From the NCBI RefSeq assembly GCF_963853765.1, contig NC_088855.1, forward strand, positions 19,158,001 to 19,222,000: DNA of 64,000 nt. The letters are read 5' to 3'. Source of the DNA: Magallana gigas. Taxonomy: Eukaryota. The notes beneath the pieces were generated by a model. That model ran no database searches, was not told where the DNA came from, and saw nothing but the letters and a program-made list of their open reading frames with translations. A program made the translations under genes and the position numbers. Shown in pieces: positions 27,186 through 39,200 of the stretch. Every line of letters begins with the position of its first letter. Position 1 is the first letter of the stretch.

Positions 27186-30100
27186 ATGGAGGAGGAGGTC
27201 TATGATATGCATGTGTGTCTGGTCTGCCAGTCCACAGTAGTAGGCCTCATCAACTATGTCAACCACAAGAAATACGACTGTCCGGGGAGAAAACTACCCA
27301 CTCCCACATCTTCCAGCAATTCCTCCAGCCAAACTCAGGTCCAGGTGTCAAACAGCACCACCCAGATACCATCCCAGGCCGTGGAGACGGTGGTGGTAGC
27401 CAGTGACAAGTCAGAGGAATACATGCAGCATCTGGGAGGGCTGCACCTGCTGGCCAGTCAGTGTCAACCGACGTCTGAACAGGAGAGAGCTCTAGCTTCC
27501 TCAGAGGCACCCCTCCATCAATCCGAGGCAACCTTGTCGACAGAATGCACAAGTCTGAACTCGGATCCCATTCCTCAAAACCTGATGATGCAGCACAGCG
27601 GCGTTGGTCAGAATCTGGTCATTCAGCAAGAGAGCCTTCCAAACTCTCAACCATCTGTAACAATTTCCGAGCAAGATTTGTCTGTTGTCATTGATTTCTC
27701 CACTGTGAAGAATGACATATTTAGTCCAAGTAATGGTCACGGTGTGGATCCAAATGAGGTGATGAATGATGCTGGGAGTAAGGATAAGCCAAATTTCTTC
27801 TCTTCTCTTGCCCTTCAAAGTAAATCTTCCACGTCTAAAGAGTCTGGACAGAATGAAAGCATGTTTGATGATCAAGGTCATAATAGTATAAATGAACTTC
27901 CAATCTCAAACATTCTCAATAGTCTTAATTTCAGTGATGATGATTTAGATTTTGATGAAGATTTCTTAGAGGAAGCATTTTCTGACGATTCCGAAGATGA
28001 ACATCCACCTCCAGATTACACTCATGGAAAGTGGAAGCCAGGTGAAAGTCCCCATCAAACCAAAGGCGGAAAGTGGAGATCACAAAGGACTATTATCAGT
28101 ACTGGTGGAAAGTGGAAACCAGGCATGGATAGAGAAGTTGGCGGAAAAGGAAAAGGCAAGCATGCAAAACCCAAAACTAGTGAGACTGCTTCAGACTATT
28201 ACTGCAACTCTTGTAACATAAGTTTCAAATCTAGATTCACATATTCTGCTCATTGTAATGGCAAAACGCATAAGAAAAGAAAAAGATCTGGGAAAAAGAT
28301 TTACGAAGATGCAGAGGAATCAGTGGCAGAAGAAGTGGAAGGGACTGTAGAAGATTCTGGGTCAAAGGTTGAAGATGAAAAGGAAAGTAAAGAGGAAACT
28401 GCAACATCTGCCCCAGTACCATCAGAGACTGCCACAAAGGAGGAGGGGGAGGAAGCCCCTAGCGTTAAGGAAAGCGAAGAAGCAAAAGTTGCTGAGGAAC
28501 CAGTGAAACGTGAACGGGAAGTTATTGAACCAGAGTGCAAAATATGTGATCAAAAATTTGCCAACTTGTATGTATTAACAAGACACTTGTTGTCCAGGAA
28601 GCATAAGAATAGGACTAAAGGAGAGAAAGATACGATCAGGATTCTTGACCAGTACCATAAATTCATTGTAAGACTTAGTCCTTTTCAATGTGGACTATGT
28701 CAGTACTATTTCAACCAAGAAAGTGATTTAGTTGTTCACTTGAAAGAAAGTGGACATAGAAATCAATGTAAGAAACTGCCAGGAGAATTGATCTGTACAA
28801 TGTGTCAGTACAGCAGTCATGCCAACGAGGATTTGGTCGATCACATGACAAATAACTTGAGTCACAGAGAAGCTGCATTGAAAGGGAGGAAACTCTGCAT
28901 AATCAAAGAAAAATGGTTCATGGCAGCATGCAAGTTTTGCAAAAAGAAAATGCACTCAAGAGTTCACATGAAAAGACACATCAGATCAAAGCACAAAAAG
29001 GAGCTCAACCCTGTAGGTCACATCATTGGGGACTGTCAGATAGATGAAGTTGGCGATTTCTCCTGTGCAGAATGCAACAATAGAAAGTTTAAGACATACA
29101 ATGCCTTTGTGATTCACATGAATCGACGGCATGGAGACAGTGATGCAGCTATATGCGAACTCTGCAACAAAGTGTTGTCTGGAAGAAACAGCTTCTCACA
29201 GCACATGAAGAGCAAGAAACATAAGAAGAAGGAGATGATGAGGTACTTGGCAAATAAGGGAGGTAAGAAGGAAGAAAAATCAGAAGACGTGAAAGAGGAA
29301 AATGATGTGAAGGAGGAAGACATTGAGAAGGAGATGAAAATTGAGGAGACCAAAAAAGAGGTGGAGGAAGACGAGGGTAATGAATATACCAAGCTAAAAT
29401 ACAATACCCAGAAACCAGATGTTCCAGGAATGTATGAGCGAGCGCACAACAATCACCATTTGAAAAAGCCTAGAGGGCCCTACAAGAAACGAGGCAGAAA
29501 ACCAGCAGACAAACCGGTGCAAGAGAAGGTCTTCAAGTGCAACCACTGCGATTTCATGGTCAACAAGTACGCTGATCTCAGACCTCATTACATGGATGTT
29601 CATTCCAAGGAAATTCTTGTCTGCGAGCTTTGTGACATAACTTTCCTCAATGAGAAAGCTCTCAAGCTCCACTACTCTGGTAAGCAGCACCAAGCCAATT
29701 TAGCTCATGTGGAGGACAACAACACAAATATGGAAGGGGAGACCAGCATCTACCATTGTCACATTTGTAATAAGAGGTTCACAGACGAAGCCTGGAAGCA
29801 GTTCCACATTGATGTGTATCATCTACATCCAAACTCTGAGGAACTGTTGGTGAAGGAGCTAGGAAGACCAGACATCACTTGGGAGAAGTACAAGGACTTC
29901 CTAGAGAGGGTGAAGAATTGTGAACGCAACGAGAGGATACCTTGTATTGAGTGTAATAAGGAATTGAAGAAGGATTACATGTTGGAGCACCTTCGTCTGC
30001 ATTCCGGTGATCGACCATTTAAATGTCGCTATTGCAGCCAGGGTTTTATGTCGCCACTGTCCCTTAGGCGTCACCTGCTGACTCACTTAGGGTTGACGGA

Positions 30101-31163
30101 AAGGAGTTGTGATATTTGTGGGAAAAAGTACAAGAAGGTAGAGTCCTATCGTGAACACATGAGGCAGCATGCGATGGAAAAACAGGGAGTTCAGAAGCTG
30201 ATGTGTGATGTATGCGGCATGTCTTTTTACCTCCAAAGGCAGCTGAAGCACCATATGCGCAGACATGGAGAGAAAAAGTTCAAATGCACAGAGAAAGATT
30301 GCCATTGGAGTTTTTATTTTGCCAATGAACTTGATGCTCACATGAAATCCCATACTAAGCTCCGCCCCTTCCTCTGCGACCAGTGTGGATATTCAGCTGG
30401 GACAAAGAATAGACTTTTACGCCACAGTCGAACACACACTGGCGAGAGGAATTTTCATTGCGAATACTGCACCTACAAGGCCGGTACCAGGACTCATCTT
30501 CGACGTCACATGAGAATTCACATAGGTTCTAAACCTTACAAGTGTCCATATTGTGATTATTCTTGTAACACTCATGAAAACATTCGCAAGCACATCATGA
30601 AAACAAAGAAACATGAAGGATTGTTCATCTATCCCTGCAAGTTTTGTGAGTGGGGTTCGAACACTGTCAATGAATTCCGTGCCCACTCGAAACTCAATCA
30701 TCCTGAACATTATGATGATGAAAAATACGAAGGCATAGCAGCTGTTATGGGCCTGTATGTGAAAGAAGAAGACCTACAAAAACCCACAGAAGGAATGAAA
30801 ATCAACCCTGTCAAGGAACGCAAGCCAAGGGAACCTTCCTACCAACCTCCTCAGAAAAAAATCAAATCAGAGAGTATGATTCAAACCCTAGAAGAGCCTG
30901 TTCTGGTCGTTCCAAGCTACTCTCAAGAGGAAGTGGTAGAGCATTATGGGACTGTAGACTACCATGTTGCGTACAACGGTCAGAATGATACAGACATCAA
31001 TCGTCCATGGAATCCCACTTCCCAACTTGAAACAGAGCGAGCTGTCCGTACTGTTATTGTTCCTTCCACTGCTGGGGAAACTGTGATTACTTACGAGTAT
31101 GAGACAAGGGAGGTTAATCCAAATGGACCTCGAATAACAGGAGAACTTTTCTACACCAGTTAA
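27186..31163 (+). CDS. ZNF407: Multi-zinc-finger protein, ZNF407-like (1325 aa, single coding exon)
   Basis: Uninterrupted ORF preceded directly by the acceptor tatttcag|ATG. It has many C2H2 and matrin/U1-like fingers and TGE(R/K)-type linkers. The C-terminal fingers PYKCPYCDYSCNTHENIRKHIMKTKKHEG..YPCKFCEWGSNTVNEFRAH closely resemble the last fingers of vertebrate ZNF407 (recalled from memory, not searched). Confidence 0.8.
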   Translation: MEEEVYDMHVCLVCQSTVVGLINYVNHKKYDCPGRKLPTPTSSSNSSSQTQVQVSNSTTQIPSQAVETVVVASDKSEEYMQHLGGLHLLASQCQPTSEQERALASSEAPLHQSEATLSTECTSLNSDPIPQNLMMQHSGVGQNLVIQQESLPNSQPSVTISEQDLSVVIDFSTVKNDIFSPSNGHGVDPNEVMNDAGSKDKPNFFSSLALQSKSSTSKESGQNESMFDDQGHNSINELPISNILNSLNFSDDDLDFDEDFLEEAFSDDSEDEHPPPDYTHGKWKPGESPHQTKGGKWRSQRTIISTGGKWKPGMDREVGGKGKGKHAKPKTSETASDYYCNSCNISFKSRFTYSAHCNGKTHKKRKRSGKKIYEDAEESVAEEVEGTVEDSGSKVEDEKESKEETATSAPVPSETATKEEGEEAPSVKESEEAKVAEEPVKREREVIEPECKICDQKFANLYVLTRHLLSRKHKNRTKGEKDTIRILDQYHKFIVRLSPFQCGLCQYYFNQESDLVVHLKESGHRNQCKKLPGELICTMCQYSSHANEDLVDHMTNNLSHREAALKGRKLCIIKEKWFMAACKFCKKKMHSRVHMKRHIRSKHKKELNPVGHIIGDCQIDEVGDFSCAECNNRKFKTYNAFVIHMNRRHGDSDAAICELCNKVLSGRNSFSQHMKSKKHKKKEMMRYLANKGGKKEEKSEDVKEENDVKEEDIEKEMKIEETKKEVEEDEGNEYTKLKYNTQKPDVPGMYERAHNNHHLKKPRGPYKKRGRKPADKPVQEKVFKCNHCDFMVNKYADLRPHYMDVHSKEILVCELCDITFLNEKALKLHYSGKQHQANLAHVEDNNTNMEGETSIYHCHICNKRFTDEAWKQFHIDVYHLHPNSEELLVKELGRPDITWEKYKDFLERVKNCERNERIPCIECNKELKKDYMLEHLRLHSGDRPFKCRYCSQGFMSPLSLRRHLLTHLGLTERSCDICGKKYKKVESYREHMRQHAMEKQGVQKLMCDVCGMSFYLQRQLKHHMRRHGEKKFKCTEKDCHWSFYFANELDAHMKSHTKLRPFLCDQCGYSAGTKNRLLRHSRTHTGERNFHCEYCTYKAGTRTHLRRHMRIHIGSKPYKCPYCDYSCNTHENIRKHIMKTKKHEGLFIYPCKFCEWGSNTVNEFRAHSKLNHPEHYDDEKYEGIAAVMGLYVKEEDLQKPTEGMKINPVKERKPREPSYQPPQKKIKSESMIQTLEEPVLVVPSYSQEEVVEHYGTVDYHVAYNGQNDTDINRPWNPTSQLETERAVRTVIVPSTAGETVITYEYETREVNPNGPRITGELFYTS

Positions 31164-32562
31164 CTATGAGCGTTTCTGTAAAATTTGCAGTTTTTGATGT
31201 ATTTTCCTTTGTAAGATTGTTTTTTTTTTCTTTTATCCTTTTTATCAAATCATTTTGTTTCATGCAGGTTTGAGAGATGCATTGTTATAACTAAGTTGAT
31301 GCAAGAATCAAATGTTTTAAAGTGATTTAAAAATTCCTTTTTTACTAAAGAGGGGAAAATCAATTATGCATATTATGATTGCATTAATTTTTTTTTCAAG
31401 TGTTTATGGTGAATTTTTCTTTGCATTACTGAGTGCCAGGTTGTTCCATGTATAGACTATTCACGCTGATAGTTTGGGTTTTTTTGAGTGATAAATTGAC
31501 AATTAATTATAATAAAGTGTACTGCAAAGATGTTAATTTCCCATATATCTTTATTACATGTCTTAAAATTTTGAATTATAATCTGAACTTATTTTTACTT
31601 GCCTTCTTTTAAATTGGGTAGGGTACAGTGGACAGCAACATGTATTGTTATTATATTAATTAAAAACTATGGATGAAAATTATGGGTCTTTGAACTTTTT
31701 AATACATTCACAGCATTTCCTTTTTACATATGAATTGTTAGTGATTTTTTTTCTTTATTTGTGCCATAATTAAACATTTTATCTGCAACTACAAATTTGT
31801 ACATCTTTTGTAATCCTTTATTATCAGAATTTGAATGTATTCATGAAACTTTGAAAAAAAAAAATGAATTGAATTATCAACAAATCATATGTTTTGTTAT
31901 TGATTTTTCAAAATGGAGAAGAAATAGGGCCAGTTTAGAGGCTTGTGATTAAAATGTGCATTGTATTCTCATAGCTTGATCAGTATGGCTGGCTTTGCTC
32001 TTGTGTATGCAGGTTCAAGTTTATTGGTGAATAATATGTAGGCCCTGCACATTGTGGCAAGGTTATGTGTAGACTGAAATGAACTATTTTTGATAATCAT
32101 TGCAAATATGTCGCTAATTTTAAATTGTAAGTTAATCAGAATGAAGTCATCTTTTATGCAACTTTGAAAATTGTGTAAAAATTGGTTAGTTTAACCAACT
32201 GTTGATAATCATGTATTAATGATTTGTATTTAATCTGTAAACTACCACATTAAACTGTTTTACATAATAATCAATCGGAGTTATATGTTTATTGATCATA
32301 GGGATTCCTCCGGAGAGTTAGTAACAACAGGAAAACTGCCACAATGCTCAGAAAATGCTGAAAGATCTTAGATTATTTTACATTAATGTAACAAAAATAT
32401 TTACAATGTTTACCAAGAGAACAGAAAAATATGGGTGGGAAAAAACTGGCAGGATTTAAGGTACCTCACTACACCTAGTCTTATACTTTTTAAGACACTA
32501 CGTCACAAGATGGTGATTTAAATGTTTTGCTAAACTGTTTATATCGTTCGATTAGGTTGTAT

Positions 32563-32633
32563 ATCGTCGTAGGTCAGTGGTTAAAGTATTGGGCTTCTGA
32601 ACCGCAGATCATGAGTTCAAATCCGCCTGGAGC
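32563..32633 (+). pseudogene. Degenerate tRNA-like segment (Arg-TCT-like) inside the MITE
   Basis: A-box-like TAGGTCAGTGG, a CT-TCT-GA loop and B-box-like GAGTTCAAATCC occur at tRNA spacing, but the stems pair poorly. Confidence 0.5.
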
Positions 32634-32802
32634 TTTTGTTCACGTTTACTGAATCAAATTTTCGAAAATGTAATTTTTCACCCAAAATTGCACATTTTTT
32701 TGCCTGTTTGACTTAAATACTTCTTATCCATTATGATATCTATCATAATCAAGTAATTTTCTGCTGATTTGAGAAAATATTTCAAGGTGTAGTGAGCCAC
32801 CT

Positions 32803-33651
32803 TGTCGCCGGGTGGCGTTGCGGCTCCAAAATAATAACGTTCAATAGGTTTACGTAGCTTTTATTCAGGTGATTTTACAGATAAATTTCCAATTCTTCAA
32901 CAGACTTGAGATTAAGGTACAAAAAGGGATCTGAAATATAAATGAAATGATAAATACACAGATAACATTATTTTACTCATAGTTGCATTTTACTGCGCAT
33001 TACTCTACTAAATACATTTTCCTGTATTTACACTTATATTTGCACATTTTGCTGTACATAATTTTACTACTTTACTACATATACTTTACTTTACACAATC
33101 ACTAGACTCGTACACGTACTTCACTTTCATATACTTGTGTACTACATAAATACATTTATTTTACGGCAACTACTACGCGCCTTACTCTGAAATACATGCC
33201 ACATATGTTTACATCACAACAATACACATACTTTTACTTTATACTTAATAGTTTTCGTATGAGCAAATACTCATTATCACACATTACTTCGAAATACTTC
33301 CAAATTACTCACGGAAAATATAAAACAAGATTATCTGGCCATTTTAGGAATAAAATACGGCATTAAATCCGTTTCATTAAAATAAAAACAAACTTACCCA
33401 GAATAGTTGGACTCTGGTCAGTTATACTTATACATTACATGTAGGATGAAATGAGGGAGCTGGTAGAAAACGTCCGCTCTCTCCAATTGCTACGCCCAGA
33501 CTGAATTCTTAAATGCACGGGATTAGAACCCGCCTAGTAAAACCGGCTGAGTGAGCTTTAAACTATGGAAAGCAACTCCAACAATAAATTAGTAACATTA
33601 TAAACGTAGCACAAAATGTATGGAAAGTAATTAGGGACGTAAATTGTGACA
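32803..33651. mobile_element. Solo LTR (849 bp) with 5-bp TSD CACCT
   Basis: TGTCGC...GTGACA termini (TG..CA with a short inverted repeat), flanked by CACCT at 32798-32802 and 33652-33656. No internal coding region. Confidence 0.8.
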
Positions 33652-33831
33652 CACCTTAATCCAAAACATTGATATGCTCATTAATCTGTTCCAATGAGCT
33701 ATCCGAGACTCATTTCAAACTGAAGTAATTTTTCTTGTAAAAATATGCAGTGTATTCTGTGGGGAACAATACACTGATTTTATTAACCATTTAAAATTTG
33801 TGGAAATAAGACCGAATATAGAACGAAATCA

Positions 33832-34345
33832 TTAGGGTTTGCTCTGTTGACTACCTATTGTGATCAGTTTGTTTGTTGGTCTGAGATCACTTGTCTCGAG
33901 TGTATTTTCTCCCCTTAGCCCAATCTGGCTCATACTTCACTGACAGAGTGCCTTAGGATAAAGGGTTTGCAGTGACCTTGATCCATGTTTCTAGGTCTAA
34001 GGTTAAAGTCAGCATAATTTTGAGCAAAATTTTTGAAAAATCCTTTTGTTCAAATATTCTATCCCCTTGGTCAATCTGCCCCATGCTCCACCTCAAGAGT
34101 GTCCTTGGGTAAATGGTGGGCAGTTACCTTGAACCAAATTTCTTTGTCTAGGGTCGAGGTCATATCAGAACACACAAAAATCATTGTTCAGATTTAATAC
34201 ATCTACTCTCCACTTTACCCTATCTGACTCGTACTTAGCATAACAAAGCTTTTCAGTGAAAGGTTGAGCAATGGTCTTAACCTATGTTTCTAGATCATAT
34301 GTGAAGGTCCAGTTTTGTACCATAATCTTGCTCAGATTAAACCTA
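33832..34345 (-). mobile_element. Pearl/HINE-like (Helentron-associated) element with ~150-160-bp core repeats, reverse orientation
   Basis: Reverse-complement homology to the repeats at 39800-40430 (CCCAATCTGGCTCATACTTCAC...GCAGTGACCTTGA). Confidence 0.6.
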
Positions 34346-36249
34346 AAGGATGCCTGTAGGTAAGGTGTGAATTTAAGTTCTTTGCCACTTGAAAAAAGTA
34401 TGTCAATTTTTTTTCTTTTTTCCCTATATATTTCATTGAAATCAAGACTGATGTTATTTTTTTTTCCAGATTTTTATGAAATGCAGTTCCCATGCTTCTG
34501 GTACCAGTGCATCATTTTTTCTAAGAGCAACTTTTTTGCACTGCATTTATTATATGTGGAATTCTTTATCAGAAATTTCTTAACAAAGGAAACATCCTAA
34601 CTTTACAAATACAAGGAGAAACCTCTAGATTACAAGTACAGTGTACCTACTGGTGTTTAACACAAAACAGTTGGACAAAAGATAACCAATACCATTTGGA
34701 CTAGCATTTATATTTTGTTCATGATTGACAAACAACAAATATGCAAGGCACACATTCATTTGTATCCAATTGCTAAAATAATTCCACATAGCACAGCTAT
34801 TGTAAAATTTCATACCTTTGGGCAAGTATTTAACAACAACAAAATTTTGATCAACAAATTAGCAAATGCTTAAGCACAGATGATTTACATTTGAATATAA
34901 AACAATTTTTCTTAAATATCAAAATTTACAAACAATAACTAAGAATTTTTAAAACAAACAGAAGGTACATTTCAATACAATGAAAGTAACAAAGGTGAGA
35001 GAATGCAAATGAAATAATTTAAGACATGAAATGTTAAATATACATGTAGGTATAAAGTAAAAGTTAATATTGCAGGTATAATGCCAGGTACTTCTCACAA
35101 CATGCATGAACTCATGTTTGTTGGGATTTTATTTGACAATACTGAATAACTAACATTAAGAGAAACCAAACGAAGCACAAATCATAATTTAAACCTTAGA
35201 ATTAAATAAATTACACACCATTTATAACAATGCCTGCATTATCTGATGGTTCAAGAAACACTTAACAAAATATTTTGATGCCATTTCCAATGTACATCAT
35301 ACATTTTATAAAGTATTTAATGTGTCAAAACAGGTACTGACAAATACTAACAAACAAGCACACACTGAAATTGTTACCCTTTTCTATTTATAAAATGTGT
35401 TATGTAAATTGAACAATGAACGGCCTATACTTTGTATCTTGTTTACAGGTACAGCTTACATCTTGATAAATAATCTACCGGGTATTCTACTGAAAAACAT
35501 TGGGCCCTAGTTTTCAGATACTGGAAGATAACCTTAATATAGAAAGATCAATAAAATAATCAGATCAATAATCTCTATAACATCGAACAGGTGTGAATAC
35601 CACCTTTAAAATTTATATCTTTTATCTTATTGCGTACATGTAATATTTGAAACACAATTCAAAGATTCATATACATGTACTATTTTTTAGAGGGAAAAAT
35701 ATGCATTTACCGGTAATTATTTTTTTCTTGCAGAAGCAGTAGCCATACCAATAGACTGTTATGGTATGTACAGTGTTAAGCCAAAATAAATCAAGAAAAT
35801 ATAGTGTTCCGATTCTTGTCTACAGCAACATAGCATTCCAAAAAAAAAAATCTCATACATGTAAACATAATAAATTAAAAACAGTCCTCTCTTGTTCTAT
35901 TGCACAGTCACTCAGTTCATGTACAGGAAAATAAAAAGAATCTACATTGGTCTTGTAAGATATGTGTACATATGCAAAACTAAATCATGGAATAAAAATA
36001 TAAGAGCATATTAAAACATTCACTTTTCTTAAGGTAAAATGTATCAAAAGATGGAGTGCTAGAAATGATGGTCATGGGTACAGAAAAAGTAGTGCTAACA
36101 AAACACACTTTGAACGTTATATTTTGGATGAGATCCAAAGCTTTGTTTCTTATTTGCTTTAGTCATAGTAATGCCTTATTCAAAGTTACTTCTCTTATCT
36201 TAGCAAAGATGTAAACATAAAATCTTTTACTTGTCAACTGTTTTTAAAA

Positions 36250-39200
36250 CTAATTTTGTTTCTGGGCCCATTTGAAATCATCATCTCTTGGTTTATTTCC
36301 AGTTGTTCTTTCGATGACATCTTCTAGAAATGTCCAAAATCCGATTTTCTCCAGCGGATAGTTAAGCCACCCGGTGGTGATACAGAAGTAAGTTTCGTGG
36401 GGTGCCACATGGTGAATACGGTGGTGCTTTTTCGGAAGGATTATGTGCATATCTTGGAGGAACGTAATCCATTTTGGCAATCCAAAATATGTGTGGGACC
36501 ATTTATGAAACTGTTAAAAGAAACATATCACATTAACTAATAGATGGATTCATTTCATTCCCATGTAGATAATTTGTAAGAATCAAGAAAGAGTGTGCAC
36601 TTCGTTATGCTTTCTAAATCTTCAACAGCTTCACAATATTGTCAAATTTTCTTTTCAGCATTATTTATCATCTTTTCTTTCGACAATAATTTCTTTCATT
36701 TAAAAGAACGTCTTTGATATCCAACAAACCATTTAATTTATCAGTCCTTTAGATTTTGGATTATTGGCAAATTTATGGATTATCAAACATTTAAAGTTTC
36801 CTTGCAATGTAAACTTTGTAATTATGCTCTATCTACATGCAAAGTAAATGATAACTGAGTTTGTTACTCCTTAAGGTTGTAAATTTGAGGGTAAGGGTAC
36901 CTATGAAAATTGAGCCCCAATAAATATCATTGTTCAATAATTCTATAGAGTGCTGAAAAACAGATTGCTGGCTGATATTGAAATAGATAATTACCTGGTT
37001 AGTTAGACTGACAAAAATTGCCAGTAAAAATACAAAGCATTCCCAGTTGTAGGTCTTGTTGATTTCTTCTGGAGACAGCGAGACAAACTTGTAGGCCATG
37101 TGGGCCAAAAAGGGGACCGTGACAGCAAAGTTATCTCCATTGGTCTCTATGAAGTCGTGTCTAGTGATGGAGGTGGGGTCGATGTGGTGTTCCCTAAAGG
37201 GACGGATAAAGGCCTGCAAAAGTTCAGACATCTTCAGAACATGTAACAACATTTTATTGGAAACAACTCTCTTTGGCCACTTGTAAGTAAAAAAAAAATT
37301 GGTTTGTCAAGACTCATTTTAAAAAAAGAAACATTTGAAGAGGGTTTTCTTTGAATCTTGCCCATAAGCCCAAAGTGTACACATAAATACATACACACAC
37401 ACACACACAGTGATGTTATATTCCAATGCAGAAAGTTGCACAAGGGGATAACAAAGCATTGTACTATGCAAAAATATAATCATGATTTTACATTTTACAC
37501 ATATAATTTATTTTGCAATTATCCTACAAATTCCAGGAAATTAACTACTTGTATTTCTTATTCATGTTATCATAAACTACCAGCACCAATTTTCACCAAT
37601 TTTCCTCAAGCCAGTACTCAGCCTCAAATCTGAGGTTTTACCTCAAGTTTATGCACTTTCCTTTCAGAATTTGAGTTGAGGAATGAGTTAAGGGATTTGA
37701 AAACTTTGGTGACGGTGGAGCCAGGTAAACTTAACTAATTATACACATAATATTATATATATATATATCAAAATCCACCACAGCTTACCTTGCCAATGAC
37801 TGGAATTTCTATTGATCCCCAGGTATCAGCTCCCCAGTGAACCAATCCACTAAAGAAGTCTGCGACCAAGATCCCAAACACTTCAAAACAAAACACATTT
37901 CAAATTAACATAAAACATTTTCTTCTATAAAGAGCCATTAGATCCAACAATTTTGGAGATATCTAAAATAAATATGTTAAATAATGGATGATAGGATAAA
38001 AAGCATTTCAGAGAATTTGCTTTGACCTTGACCTATAATTTGGACATTTTCCAGCTGGCATGGAACTTTTTTAGATTCAGATGGCTAGGGCATGTCTTTA
38101 GGATGGACAAAGCATGAACTCCCAAAGTCACCTTAAAATGGACACCACCAGGGAAAAAAACCATGGGGAAAGCCAAAAACAATGTGGCACAGAATGGTGG
38201 AATGTAAACTTGAGGAACTTCATGTGACTTGGGGAGAGGCCGAGTCCCTGACCAAGAAGAAAGCTAGAGTTGAGTGGGAAAGTCTTGTTTCGGCGTTATC
38301 AAGTTATGCTCCTCCTGGTGCGAAGAGGATAAGTAAGTAAGTAATAGAACTTTTTTGTTTGTTTAATCTGCACAAGATTAAGCAAATGGGAAATAGTCTA
38401 GGTCTAAAACTGAATGTAGAGAGATCTGCTTTGACCTTCACATTGACTTGGTTCAAGGTCACTGCTAACCATTAACACAAAAGCTCTGTGTTAGCAGTGT
38501 TTTCCACAGAAAATTTTTGATGCATGGGGGAAGTTTGTCAGAGTAAGCGCGCGGTGCGGCATTAAAGCGCCTAAGGCGGCGCGAAATCACTGCGCATAAT
38601 GATAATATAACCATTTGATGAAATGTAGTACATGATATGTACTATAATTGATGCATTTTCATGAAATCTTCATCAACAAGTATCATTTCAATTCATAATT
38701 ATATTTTAATATCTGTGTATATTTAATATACAATTTTTCTGGGTTTTTTCTGGCAAAACTAATAGCATTTTTTTTTTCAAAATCAGTTTTTTAAGAGGTT
38801 GGTCCTCACAAGTTTTCACAAAACACAAGAAATATAGATTCACAAGGCAGTTCAACATCAGCTTCTGTCCCACTCCTTCTTCTACATATTATATAGAGGA
38901 GGTTTTATATAGGGTCGCTGAACAAGAAATATAGGCACAACAAGTCCATACAATTACAGCAAACTTGATTCAACTTATTCTGGGCAGGTAATATTTCTTG
39001 TTAAAAATGGGGGTTTATATGAAAGTTTCTGTGATATCTTGACACCAGTCCCCTTCCCCGTTTATATGTAAGTACACAGTCAATCATTTTCATAGGCATA
39101 CAATATACGATGTTTCTACTTTCTAGTCATGTGACATCGCATCCGTGCATTTCCTGCAAATAACTGTAGTTTCTTTTTCTTTATTGTGTACATTTTCTCA

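Larger units (their letters stand above)
32460..33655. mobile_element. Kolobok-like non-autonomous element (~342 bp, TTAA TSD), right TIR interrupted by a solo LTR
   Basis: TTAA|GGTACCTCACTACACCT ... AGGTGTAGTGAGCCACC[T-LTR-CACC]|TTAA. Removing the LTR and one CACCT copy restores the TIR and the TTAA TSD. Confidence 0.75.

Noticed and set aside
27215-30710. Multiple antisense or alternate-frame ORFs inside the zinc-finger CDS
   Set aside because: These are expected shadows of a long coding exon with biased codon use.
32563-32633. Functional tRNA-Arg gene
   Set aside because: The acceptor and anticodon stems do not pair, and it sits within a MITE.
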